From positions 23,684,001 through 23,748,000 of the forward strand of contig NC_045138.2 of NCBI RefSeq assembly GCF_008831285.2: 64,000 nucleotides of DNA, read 5' to 3'. Below, piece after piece: positions 49,518-60,823 of this stretch (within the stretch, counting starts at the first letter, position 1; each line of letters starts with the position of its first letter). This DNA comes from Nymphaea colorata. Its lineage: Eukaryota. A program made the position numbers and the translations under genes. The notes under the pieces are model-generated. The model had not been told where the DNA came from. It searched no databases and saw only the letters and a program-made list of their open reading frames with translations.

Positions 49518-51797
49518 TGTGGTGGCCTCTGGATAACTGCAGCTTGCTACCTCCTTTTGCTCCACTAGATTTTTGCTTGGGCTTGTTGTTGGTTAGTTTC
49601 CGGATTAAATTTTTTGTTATATCTGTTTTTTTATGTTTCATTTTTTGTTTACTCTTAGTTGGTTAGAGTCTTTAATTTGGAACTTGCAGAGAGGGGTATG
49701 TATGTTTTTCCATTTTGTTTGATTGAAGCCGGAAATCTGTTATTGGATGACGGAACTTGTTTTTGTTGCATGATCTCTTTGGTATGAAATATAAACCATT
49801 ATTTTCTTGCTTTCTCTCAATTTCTTCGGCAACCAAACAACGTTTTTCTGAAGGAATTCATTCTTTGCAACTGCATAAATACGGACAGATGCACACGTTT
49901 CTGTATCTATGCATATAGTACAGATTTTCTATGAAAAGTATCTGGTGCATCATTGATGAGGTGATGATGCATAGGTTGATTCAGGTAGATACTCACGATT
50001 CTACTAAATCTATTCCGGAATTGAACAATTGTGTATCATTGCATGTTTTCGTCTATGAACTGTTTCTGAACTTACTTCGAATGTATGTAGGGTACCATTT
50101 AATGGGATAGATGAGGAACGCTATTTATGGGTATGTTTACTTTGTGCAAGAGAACTGGTCCACGAAATCCTTGTGAAGATTGAAGAGCTTGCTTAATGAC
50201 AAAATAGATAAAGGTAACCCATTGGGTACATTTATCATTCACAAAAACTGGTCCGCAAATTCTATGAAGCCAAGAAACTTAACAATTAGTTAGCTTTTCT
50301 TGATGCCGAGAAACCTGTTTATTTGACCTGTAATTCTCTACCATTCTACCATTTGGTTTGTCTGCTTTCCTGGAAGGCCTCTTTAGTTAGCGGCAACTTT
50401 ATGTTGTTTGTTTCAAGTCAAGAGGACATGTTCTCATTCAGCTGACTTTAATCTCTTTTCTAGTGTGCGTCTGTTTTTCAACAGCCTCAATACTTCTAAA
50501 ATTATTAATCTATCTTCAAAATGGAACAACGCTTTTCCTTAGCAAATGTGCATGTGTCATTGAGTGCAAAGGATGATTACTTGTGCTCTCTGAATGCAGC
50601 TTGTCTCCTCCTTCTTTCCTTGGGCTTATTGTTGATTAGTTTTAGAATAATCTTTTCATTGTATATCCTCTTTCTGGTTCATCTTTGTTTTCATTGACTG
50701 GTTAAGTGCTTCTGTCTGGAACTTGCAGAGAGGGGTATGAGATGGTTTTTCTTTAAGTAATTGAAGCTCGAAACCTACTAGTATGGACAATGTTTTCTTG
50801 TTTGCACTAATGTTACTTCAACTATTCGATAATAATGGTATTCCATAATTCTTCATTCTTCATCACTGCATAAATGCACATACATGTGTCCATTGTTATG
50901 CCCATGTACATCATGTAAACTTCTGAAACCTAGCTTGTGAATCATTTTGATGGTCGACTATCTATAAGTAGACGCAGATGCATGAGGATAGCATTTATAT
51001 ACTTTGGATTATGATATGGTCAATTATGTAGTGATAAGTTTTTTTTTGAATCTGAACACCCATTTAACTGTAAGCTTTCGGTTACTACTGTGGACTCTTC
51101 TGATGAAGTAAATAACTTTCTTAATTTGAATATGGGTGAGACACACACACACACTTGACAAACTTCTCTTGTTTCCGGTGAAAAGGACACGTTGGTTGTT
51201 AGCTAGTATTACTTGCCCTCTGTTGTCTATCTGTTTCTTAAGGACATCAGCATCTATAGTGATGCTATGATTAGTTTATCATTGTATTCAATTGTGGTCT
51301 TATTAGACAGAATCTGTGCGTCCTACTTGATTGTGAGTATATTGGATGGCTGGTGTCTGAAGTCTTAAGCAGGGATAGTTTCACATATTGATCCATAAGG
51401 ATATAGTGGTTTGTTGACACTTTTTAATCATGAACTTGCAATCATCAATGGTTATTAGTTCAATTAGCAGCAAACCTGTCTTCTGCTTTCCGAAGGGAGG
51501 AGAACAAAGGAAGAGCAAATAGAAAATAATTTCCACTTCAGGTGCACTTTTGGCTTGGAAAAATATAACCTTTTAAAAATATAATAATGTTATTAAGCTG
51601 TTGAGGGATAGGCATAAGAGATTTTTCACTTGTGATGCTTGAACTTCTTAAAAACTTTTTGTTACTGAGATTGACATCCTGTTCTCATTATTCTTATAGC
51701 TGTGAAATTATGTGTTTAGAATGCATGGTAGGAGCCACAGTCATTTCCTTTTGTTTCATCATTTATTAACCCTCTAACTGAGAAGCAGAAAAGCAAG

Positions 51798-51903
51798 CTG
51801 TCTGACCTGATTCTCTTTCTAGTTATGTCTGCAGTTGATAATTTTTCTACCTGTCTGACCTGATTCTCTTTGTAGTTATGTCTGTGGTTGACAAATTCTC
51901 TAC
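51798..51903. repeat. 53-bp tandem duplication
   Basis: CTGTCTGACCTGATTCTCTTT(C/G)TAGTTATGTCTG...TCTAC x2 with a few substitutions. Confidence 0.9.
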
Positions 51904-52049
51904 AACATCAAACTCACCTTTTCTGATTGATAAGCATTTACTCTTTCCAATTACAATATGGACAATACATATGTGTACACAACCCTGTTACAACACCAAG
52001 TAAAACTGTAGGATCAATTTGACATTTTTTTATCCTTTGTGTATCTCAC

Positions 52050-52323
52050 TGTTAGGTATCTGTTCTGAGCTGAGTCGTTTGCTTTAGTTGAGTCAGAGTG
52101 CAGTTGCTAAGTCTTAGGGAGTTGGTTAGTGGGTCAGTAAATGGACCCAACACACAGGATGGGGAGGTAATTAGAGAGCCTAACCCACCCCATTTATTGG
52201 TTGTATAAAGCTGAGCATGGATGAAAACCCTAATACAGAATGAAATCTCCATGTATCTAAGTGAAGGCTGGGTTTCACCACGAGTTAGTGTGCGTGAGTT
52301 GCTTGTTAGCGTGAAGTCTCACA
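52050..52323 (+). repeat. 5' LTR (274 bp)
   Basis: TGTTAGG...GTCTCACA; about 91% identical to the 3' LTR by manual alignment. Confidence 0.95.
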
Positions 52324-53504
52324 ATTGGTATCAAAGCTGGAACCATGGCGGCGTCCAGCAAGGTCACCTTGAAGGATGTCATGGCTGCCGTTGAAGCCCA
52401 TCAAAGGAAACAATGGAAATTATGAACGACGGTCTGCAGGCGGTCGTGCACCAGAACCTGGAAGCTAAAGCACGGGTACAGATGCTCATGGCAGAGCACT
52501 CCTTGCTGATGTCCTTGATGCATGAGATGTTGAAGCCAAGCAGGGGAACATGATCGACCAACGCCGATTGCACGGAGACTGCTGACGGTGAGTTGCGACC
52601 TCCAAATTTAAGTCCTCCCCCTCCTCCATCTTCTTCCCCATCTTTAACCCCACCTCTGCATCCACCTCCGCCACCGTCAGCAGGAGGCACACCGGCAGCC
52701 TCACCGGCTGTTGGGGATAGTGGACTGGGTCTTTCTCCATGGAAGCAGCCCAGGATGGAAACAACATTTAATGGAATCGAAATTCGTGGTGATGACTGAT
52801 CATAACAGTTTAAAATATTGTTTGCAGCAAGCAACCTTGACCCCCACCCTACAGCGATGGCTACTCAAGATCATGGACTTCGATTTTGAAGTCCAATACA
52901 GAAAAGGGAAGGAGAATGTAGCTGCGGATGGACTGTCCCAGCAAGGCTCTCAACCAAAAGATTTACTGCTCGGCTTTTTCGCATGTGCAGGCTGATTTAT
53001 GGACAAGGATAAAACAAGCCCATCAACAAGATGAATCTGTGCATAAGGTAAGAGAACGACTAGACAACAGCCCAGTCCAAACATATGGGTACACATGGAG
53101 AGACCTTTATATGTATTATCAAGGCAAAATTTACATTCCACCAGAAACAGAAATTCCACAGTATTTATTGGAGCATTATCATGATCCAAAGACTGCAGTG
53201 CATGCAGGGATAGAGAAAACATATAGACATATCAAGGGCACATTCTATTGGCCAGGGATGAAAAAAGCCATCACCGATTATATCAAAAACTGTCACATCT
53301 GCCAACAAAATCAATATGAAACTAGGAAGCCAGCAGGACTGTTACAACCCCAGCCCATATCGGAGCTAATATGGTAAGATATTTCCATTGATTTCATAGA
53401 AGGGCTCCCCAGTATCTAGAGGAAAATCAGTGATTTCGTGGTGGTGGATCGGTTGACCAAGTATGCACACTTTATTGCATTAGCCACCCATTTTCTACTA
53501 AATC

Positions 53505-56500
53505 CAATGTTATCCGTATTGTACGATACGGACGTGTATCATACAATACGTATCGTCTGTATCAAGATGAACGATACGTTACGTTATAAATTTGCGATGT
53601 GTGTGCGTATCGCTCGTATCGTGCGATACGGGCGATACCCCCATGTATCGCACGATACGGGATCAAAACTAAAAAGGGGCCCGATGACCCCTTCTTTGCG
53701 TATTTTTTTTAAAACCGACGCTCCTCTCTCTCTCTCTTCTCTTCTTTCTAAACATTGCAAGAGACGTGGGAGGGAGAGTTGCATCAAGATTTGTCGATGA
53801 AAAAGCTTTATTTCTCGTTGTGGGAAGCCTCGGGACGGTGAGAAGCTTGGAGGAAGAGGGTTTTTTGGTTTCTAACACCAAGAAGGTAAGAAATAACTCA
53901 TTTTTTCCATTGAATCGTTCATTTCTCTTATTTCCTACATTTATTTGTATGTTTTTACTTGTTTTGTGAAGATATAATGTCGGATCCTGCATGGCAGTGG
54001 TGTACAAGGGTGAATCCCAAAGATAGGTTAAGAGTTAAGTGCAATTATTGTAAGCAAATCATATCAGGAGGGATCTCTCGCTTTAAAAACCATATAGCTA
54101 GTACACACAGCGATGTGGCTGCTTACACTGGCTCCCAAGAGAACCCATTGCCAGCGTATGTAAAGCACCAGTGTATGGAGCTTCTTAATGCAGTGAAAGC
54201 AAATAGGATTGAAAAGGAAATGCAAGATGCAGAGGAAGGATATGGGGACCCACATGAAGAGGAAGAAAGTGAAGGTGAAGATGTTGACCTTGAAGAAGAA
54301 GATGTTGGTGTCAGTTTGGGAACAGATAAAGGGAAAGACATCATGCATGGAAGTGGTTCTTCTGCAACTGCAACCAGAAAAAGAAGAGGTGCAAGTGCAA
54401 GTTCAGTTTCATGAGGACGTGGCAGGAGTCATGGTCATACTGGATGTGGTAGAGCACCTATTATGAGGTCGAGTAATATGTCTGGTTCGATCAAGAATTT
54501 TTTTCCCAATTATATTGCTGTTGGTGCTCAACCTGAGATTCGTATAGCCATGCAATCAAAAGATATTGTTGAAGCAGCAGATGAAACCATAGGAAGGTGG
54601 TTCTATGATGCATCCATTCTCTTCAATGCAGCAAACTCTTATCATTTTCAGCCTATAGCAGATGCGATTGCTAGTGTAGGCCGAGGGTATAAAATGCCCT
54701 CTTTTCATAAATTGCGAGGTAAAATTCTCAACAATGTAGTTAGAGATGTCAAGATATATTGTGATGAACTAAAATTGAGCTGGAAAGCTACAGGAAGTAG
54801 TGTAATGGCAGATGGGTGGACAGACATCAAGAACAGAACATTGGTAAACTTTCTTGTATATTACCCCCTTGGTACTATGTTCCTAAAATCTGTTGATTTG
54901 TCTGATACTCCTAAGGTTGCTGATGTTTTGTTTGGGGTTTTTGATAAAGTTATACAAGAAGTTGGGCCTGAAAATGTTGTGCAATTTATCACTGATAATG
55001 CAGCAAATTATAAAGCTGCAGGTGAAATGTTAGCAGCACGATATGGGACATTTTATTGGAGTCCATGTGTTGCTCATTGTGTAAATCTTATGCTTCAGGA
55101 TCTAGGTGAAAGAGATGATATGAAGTTGACAGTTCATAGATGCCAAGAAATCACAAAGTTTATTTATAATCATGCTTATGTCTTGAATTTGACGAGGAAA
55201 TTCACAAATGGGGCTGAATTGATTCGACCTGCACAAACACGGTTTGCTACAAATGTTTTGACTGTGCAGGGTATAGTCAAGCAAAGAACTCCTCTCAAAC
55301 AGATGTTTTCAAGTGATGATTGGGCTGCATATCCACATGCCTATAAAAGAAAGACTACGACAGTTGTGGATACCATCTTCGATGCTGACTTTTGGGAATC
55401 ATGTGTGCAGTTATTGAAGATTTGTGTACCTCTAGTGAAAGTCTTCAGATTAGTTGATAGTGAAGATAGACCTTCTATTGGATATTTATATGAGTTTATG
55501 GACAGAGCCAAGGAGACCATTAGAGATAATATGAAGGGAAAAAAGAAGTTGTACATGCCTATATGGAAGATTATAGATGAAAGGTGGTCTGGACAACTTC
55601 ATCGCTCACTTCATGCAGCAGCCTACTACCTAAATCCTACTATTAGATATTTACCACTTTTAGGAAGGACAGAGAGGTCGAGTATGGCATGTTGGATTGT
55701 ATTGACATATTAGTAAGTGATAGTAAAGAACAAGACGCTATCCGTATGTCGATCAACAAATATGATACGGCTTCTGGTACCATGGCGAGAGACACAGCAA
55801 TTCGATGCAGGACAACTATGCGTCTAGGTGACTTTATACTTTTTGTTGTTTAGCTTCTCTTCTACCTTCTCATATATTTATTCTATCTCATTTTTACTTT
55901 TCATCTGTTATTAGGGCCTGATTGCCCAGAGAATTAAGGAAGCTTGCAATTAGACTCCTCAGCCAAACTGCAACTGGATGTGAAAGAAATTGGAGTGTAT
56001 TTCAACACATCCATAGTAAGAAGAGGAATAGGCTGGAAGCGTGGAACATAAAAGGTTGAATGACCTTGTTTATGTTCGTTATAATATGAAGTTGAGACAA
56101 AGGTAAACATTTGTATTTTGTTATACAAAATAGCAAATTCTAATATATATTTTAATTTCTAACAATTTGTTAAATTTTTCTCTTGTTAGGCAACTAGAAA
56201 CAACATCTACGAGGAAGCATCACACTCAATATGATCCTATCTTCATTGACCATTTTGATATATTAGATTCTTGGGTTGAAGAAGAACCATCTGCAATACT
56301 TGATGAGGACGATCTTGATTTTTTGAACGTTGAAGGAGCAATAGAGATTATTGAAGAAGGAGAGGCTGGGGAGAGCAATGGAATGTTGGTGACATTCCAT
56401 TTGTAACAGAGGGGATAGAAGAAGCACTTAATGAAGAAAATGAAGATGATGATGAAAAATGAAGATGATGATGCAGATGACGATTGATGAGGCTTTTTGT

Positions 56501-56914
56501 TTTGAGTTTTGAAAACTATGTCAATATGTTTTGTGTTTTGACTTCTGAACTTATGAATTGTGATGTAACTGAATACTCTTAGGCTGCTTAGTATGTTATT
56601 TTGATTTTTGAATGTTTGATTTCTTATTTTGGAATGTGTTGTTCATATGCATACTTCATAGTTCATACTTCATATACATGAATGATGAATGTTCCTTTAA
56701 ATACATTTTTCTTGAATTTTTCTGATTTTTACTAGTTTTTTCTGATTTTTTTAGAATTTTTCTGATTTTTTTTCTATTTTTTATAATTTTTAATGTTTTT
56801 TACAAATTAAAAAATTAATTTTACGATACGTTACGATACATTGACGATACGTTACGATACGGCGTATAGGTCGGCCCGACCGATACACGATACGATACGG
56901 CAGTGATAACATTG
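53505..56914 (+). mobile_element. hAT DNA transposon nested in the retrotransposon integrase
   Basis: TIRs CAATGTTATC / GATAACATTG; 8-bp TSD ACTAAATC / GCTAAATC; subterminal CGATAC/GTATCG repeats at both ends. Confidence 0.95.
53977..56487 (+). pseudogene. hAT transposase (BED finger, DUF659-type core, dimerisation domain), disrupted
   Basis: MSDPAW...CNYC...H BED finger; in-frame TGA at 54412; SVMADGWTD, TDNAANYKAAG, CVAHCVNL, TRFATN, LHAAAYYLNP; frameshift near 55660. Probable introns 55828-55914 and 56103-56189. NWSVFQHIHSKKRNRL and RLNDLVYVRYN near the end. Confidence 0.92.
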
Positions 56915-57862
56915 GCTAAATCAATAGTGAAGGCATTTTAGGAGCAGGTGGGAAAGCTACATGGAGTTCCCTGTTCTATAGTAAGTGACCGAGATTTTCT
57001 CTTTTTAAGTAGTTTTTGAAAAGAATATTTCCAACTACAGGGCCGCACGCTGCAAATGAGTACAGCCTACCACCCGCAGTCTGATGGCCAAACAAAAATT
57101 GTCAATAAAAGTATGGAAACTTACCTGCATTGCTTTGCAGGGCAGCGACCAAGACTGTGGACTGATTACCTGTCATGGGCAGACTATGGCTATAACACAG
57201 GGTGGCATTCTTCTACAGGGACTACCCCATTCGAAGCTGTTTACGCAAAACCCCTCCCGATCTAAGAAGGTATCAGCCAGGGACAGCTAAAGAGGAGGAC
57301 ATTGACGCACAACTAAGGTGCAGGGATGCCATCTTGAAGGGCCTCAAGCAGCATTTGGCTGCTGCCCGCAATCGTACGACTCTTTAATATAATAGGCACC
57401 ACCGAAACCAGCAGTTCAAGGTAGGACAATGTGTGTATCTTAGAAGGCCACCGCATGGATTGGGAACCAAGACAACGAGAGGGAATGTCGAGCTGGTGTC
57501 TCGTTTTGTAGGCCCTTACCTTATTACAAGGAAAGTGGAAACTTTGGTGTACGAACTACAGCTGCTGGCAGGCAGCCATATCCACCCTGTTTTTCATGTG
57601 TCCAAGCTCAAGGCATGCTACCAAATCCCCGCAGCTGAAGAGATAAGTTTAGCACCAGTTTTGCAAGACACCCCAGCCTTGTTCCCTTATCGCAGGTTGG
57701 CCACACGCAAGGTAACAAATGTTAACAACATAGTTACTGAATGTTTCATTGAATGGACCAGCTATGAGGACTTACCGGCTACCTGGGAGCTTGCAGAAGA
57801 CATTCAGCGCTGTTTCCCTGAATTCACACCTTGAGGACATGTTACTGTAAAGGGGGAATACT

Positions 57863-58137
57863 TGTTAGGGATCTGTTCTGAGCTGAATCTTTTGCTTTAG
57901 TTGAGTCAGATGAAGTTACTAAGTCTTAGGGAGTTGGTTAGTGGGTTGGTAAATGGACCCAGTGCACGGGTCGGGAAGGTAATTAGAGAGCCTAACCCAC
58001 CCCCACTTATTGGTTGTATAAAGCTGAGCAGGGATTAAAACCCTAATACAGAATGAAATCCCCCTGTTTCTAAGTGAAGGCTGGGCTTTCACAGCGAGTT
58101 AGTGTGCGTGAGTTGCTTGTTAGTGTGAAGTCTCACA
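57863..58137 (+). repeat. 3' LTR (275 bp)
   Basis: TGTTAGG...GTCTCACA followed by TSD CTCAC. Confidence 0.95.
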
Positions 58138-59015
58138 CTCACATACCAAGTAATCATGCTATCTCATTTGTGTATAGTTCAGTTTCTTCTTGGACAGATT
58201 TGTATACTTGGGATGATTGGAATTTCCTAAAATTGATAAGTTTAGGCAATAAGAAGCATGGTCATTTAAAGGGGTTATATATGGTCTTGTTGTTTCATAC
58301 TATGTCTGTCTGTTTATGTGAAAGATTTTACATTGATAAACAACTAAAACACAGCCAAGGATTCCTATGAATTTGGTTATTTTCTTAATCATCAGATTCG
58401 CCACTATACATACTGAGACATAATGGTAAGTACCATGATGAGAAGCAAGGATAAGAAACTACAGGTCTGCTAGGTCCCACCTCCAGAGGATTCGGTGATG
58501 GAGGATGGATATGATAGAGTGCATTCGCTTCAACAGTATGTTGTCTCTGTAGCGACAGGAACCCTCTAGTTATGATGAAAGGCACCAAGAAGAATGGGAG
58601 GAGGATTTCAAAACAACTGCCTTTGCCTACTTAGAAAACTTTCCATCCTCTTCTGTTGGCCTGCTGTGAACCTTGACAGGCTTGTATGGTGGGCTTCCCC
58701 ATCTAAGGTCTGGTTGCCAAGAGAATGCAGTGTAGCATGTTCTTTTTTTGGTAGGCCTAGAATCACAAGGTTTTCATTTTTGAAAGCCATTGTGTAGAGG
58801 AACAAGTAATTCATTCACATGTGAATGTGATTTGAATTCAAAGGGCTAGTAGACAATTGAATGAGAAGCATGAAAGTTATGATAAATCATGAGAACTGAG
58901 GAAGGTGATATGGTGAATAATGGTTTGAGAAGGGTCTTTTCTTGTCGTTGGCAATAACTAGTTATGATGTTGACTGGGATTACACTTTTTCTTTCGTGTA
59001 CAGATTTGGTTTTTG

Positions 59016-59072
59016 TTGGTAGGGATAAGTAGGTTCAGATCTATTGGTAGGGGATAAGTAGGTTCAGATCTA
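59016..59072. repeat. ~28-bp tandem duplication at the edge of a MITE-like segment
   Basis: TTGGTAGGG(G)ATAAGTAGGTTCAGATCTA x2, followed by CTATGTAACTCGAACAC (hAT-like end). Confidence 0.8.
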
Positions 59073-59655
59073 TGTAACTCGAACACTCCTAAAAGGGTGG
59101 GGTAGCCATGTCAACATGACCTGACGTGGGTGCAGGTGTGGTTGTGGACATGGCTTGGATGTGGTGTTAACCATGTCAGGTGCAGTCAGTGCACCCAAGG
59201 ACGAACTTGACCAATTTGGGACCCAAAATTGTGTAAAAATCAAGGTTTTTTTTTTTTTTTTTAAGTTCACTGTGTATATGCACACTACAATGCAAAAGCC
59301 TCTAGCATCCAATTCATCTCTGGTTTCCGGCATCTGGACACCTTCCCCAGCAAGTGGCAGCTGTCTTCGGCGAGGTATAGACTTTCTCCAGCAGATGAAC
59401 TCATCTCCACCTCTCCAATCAGTTGTTTTTAGCTTTTCTTACTTTCTTTGATTGCCTATGCTCGTCCAAGAAACCTACTTGCTTTTTTCCTTCGTTTTGA
59501 ATGTTGCATATTGACTGTGAGTCTGTGAGATGTTGCATTATATTTATTGGCAATTTTTTTGTCTGTGTTCAGATTTGTGACAGATTAGCATGTTTAGATG
59601 GTTATTTATTTTATGTTGCATCTTGCAGAATATAAATCGCCACTATGATAAATTT

Positions 59656-59737
<82 letters not shown>

Positions 59738-59855
59738 AATTAAATGGTGACTCCGGTCATCTAGAGTCACCAGGCTCACTCATGAGGGCCGTCTGATCCA
59801 TCATGATGGACAGCTAATAGAAAAACAATGAGAAAAAAATGATAGACATTTTTGG
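59656..59855. repeat. (TA)n(CA)n microsatellite joined to a half copy of the 33166 MITE
   Basis: GAAAAATTAAATGGTGACTCCGGTCATCTAGAGTCAC...GATAGACATTTTTG follows the microsatellite. Confidence 0.8.
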
Positions 59856-60778
59856 AATCCAGTATATGCAGTCACCCAAGTTCTTTTTTGAAGTGCTCTA
59901 TATCGCCAACAGTTGGAAAATGTCTTGTTTTTCATTGCTAAACCAACATAAGCCGTTCTTAAAGGTAAAAATCTCGCAATGTTTTCAAAGTATGTCATAA
60001 GTGTTTCTCTTGATAGTATTGTGATATTCCCTCTTTTTGTAATTTTCGGTTTAACGTATTTTTATTTCATGTTCTCATCTTTTCTTTATCCTGAAATTCT
60101 AAAACCTATGTTGAACCTTTGCTAATATATCCATAAGGAAGGCAGTGTAAAATTCTGAATTTCATAAACTTTTTCTATTATTTAAAAAAAATTATAATTT
60201 TTCATGTCCATAGATGTTCCCCAGAAAAGTAACTTTGCGGAAAAATACTTGAGAAATACCTCAATGATAAGAACTGTATTTGTGACTATGGTATGAAGTC
60301 ACAATTTTAATCAGAAAATTACCAGGTTCTCAAAACCGTATACTGACCATTTACATCGTTCATCGACCATGCCGGTCAATGAGTCCATGAGGTGCTGATG
60401 TAGTAAAAAATAATTCCTAATATTCTTTGGCCTGTAAAATCCAGATTTTAGGTATTTTTTGTTGAAGTTGTAATTTAAAAACTATGGTTGGTCTACTTTC
60501 CTAGGGTTTGCTACGGTATTCTGATTCATTATGGTGCTAGAGTGTTTGCTTTTCATAATTCCAATTAACGGAGCTTCGAACATGGTAATTGATATGGGTG
60601 ATCATCATCTCTTTATCTTACTCGTACTTTTAAGAATCTTATCTGCTTAGTTCAGGTTCTTTTTAAGACTTGAGAAGAACTATTTGTCTTTTGACATTTT
60701 TCATGCTTAACTCACAATCGCTGGTCTTTCATTTTTATTTAATTTCAATTGGGATGTCTGTGTGCGTGGGTTTGTAGA

Positions 60779-60782
<4 letters not shown>

Positions 60783-60819
<37 letters not shown>
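60783..60819. repeat. (GA)n microsatellite
   Basis: Direct observation. Confidence 0.95.

Positions 60820-60823
<4 letters not shown>

Larger units (their letters stand above)
52050..58137 (+). mobile_element. Ty3/gypsy chromovirus LTR retrotransposon (Reina-like), internally deleted and non-autonomous
   Basis: LTRs 52050-52323 and 57863-58137 (TG...CA); TSD CTCAC on both sides; PBS TGGTATCAAAGC at 52326-52337; PPT AAAGGGGGAA at ~57849. Coding relics: gag start, RNase H end (TDHNSLKY, YRKGKENVAADGLS), integrase (HHCC zinc finger, VVDRLTKYAHF, STAYHPQSDGQT, FVGPY, HPVFHVSKLK) and chromodomain (IEWTSY...ATWE...FPEF). Confidence 0.96.

Noticed and set aside
49191..49641. Three minus-strand ORFs over the small gene
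   Set aside because: Antisense shadows of a purine-rich CDS.
58430..58600. Two ATGATGA box C-like motifs
   Set aside because: No suitably placed CTGA box D, terminal stem or recognisable rRNA guide.
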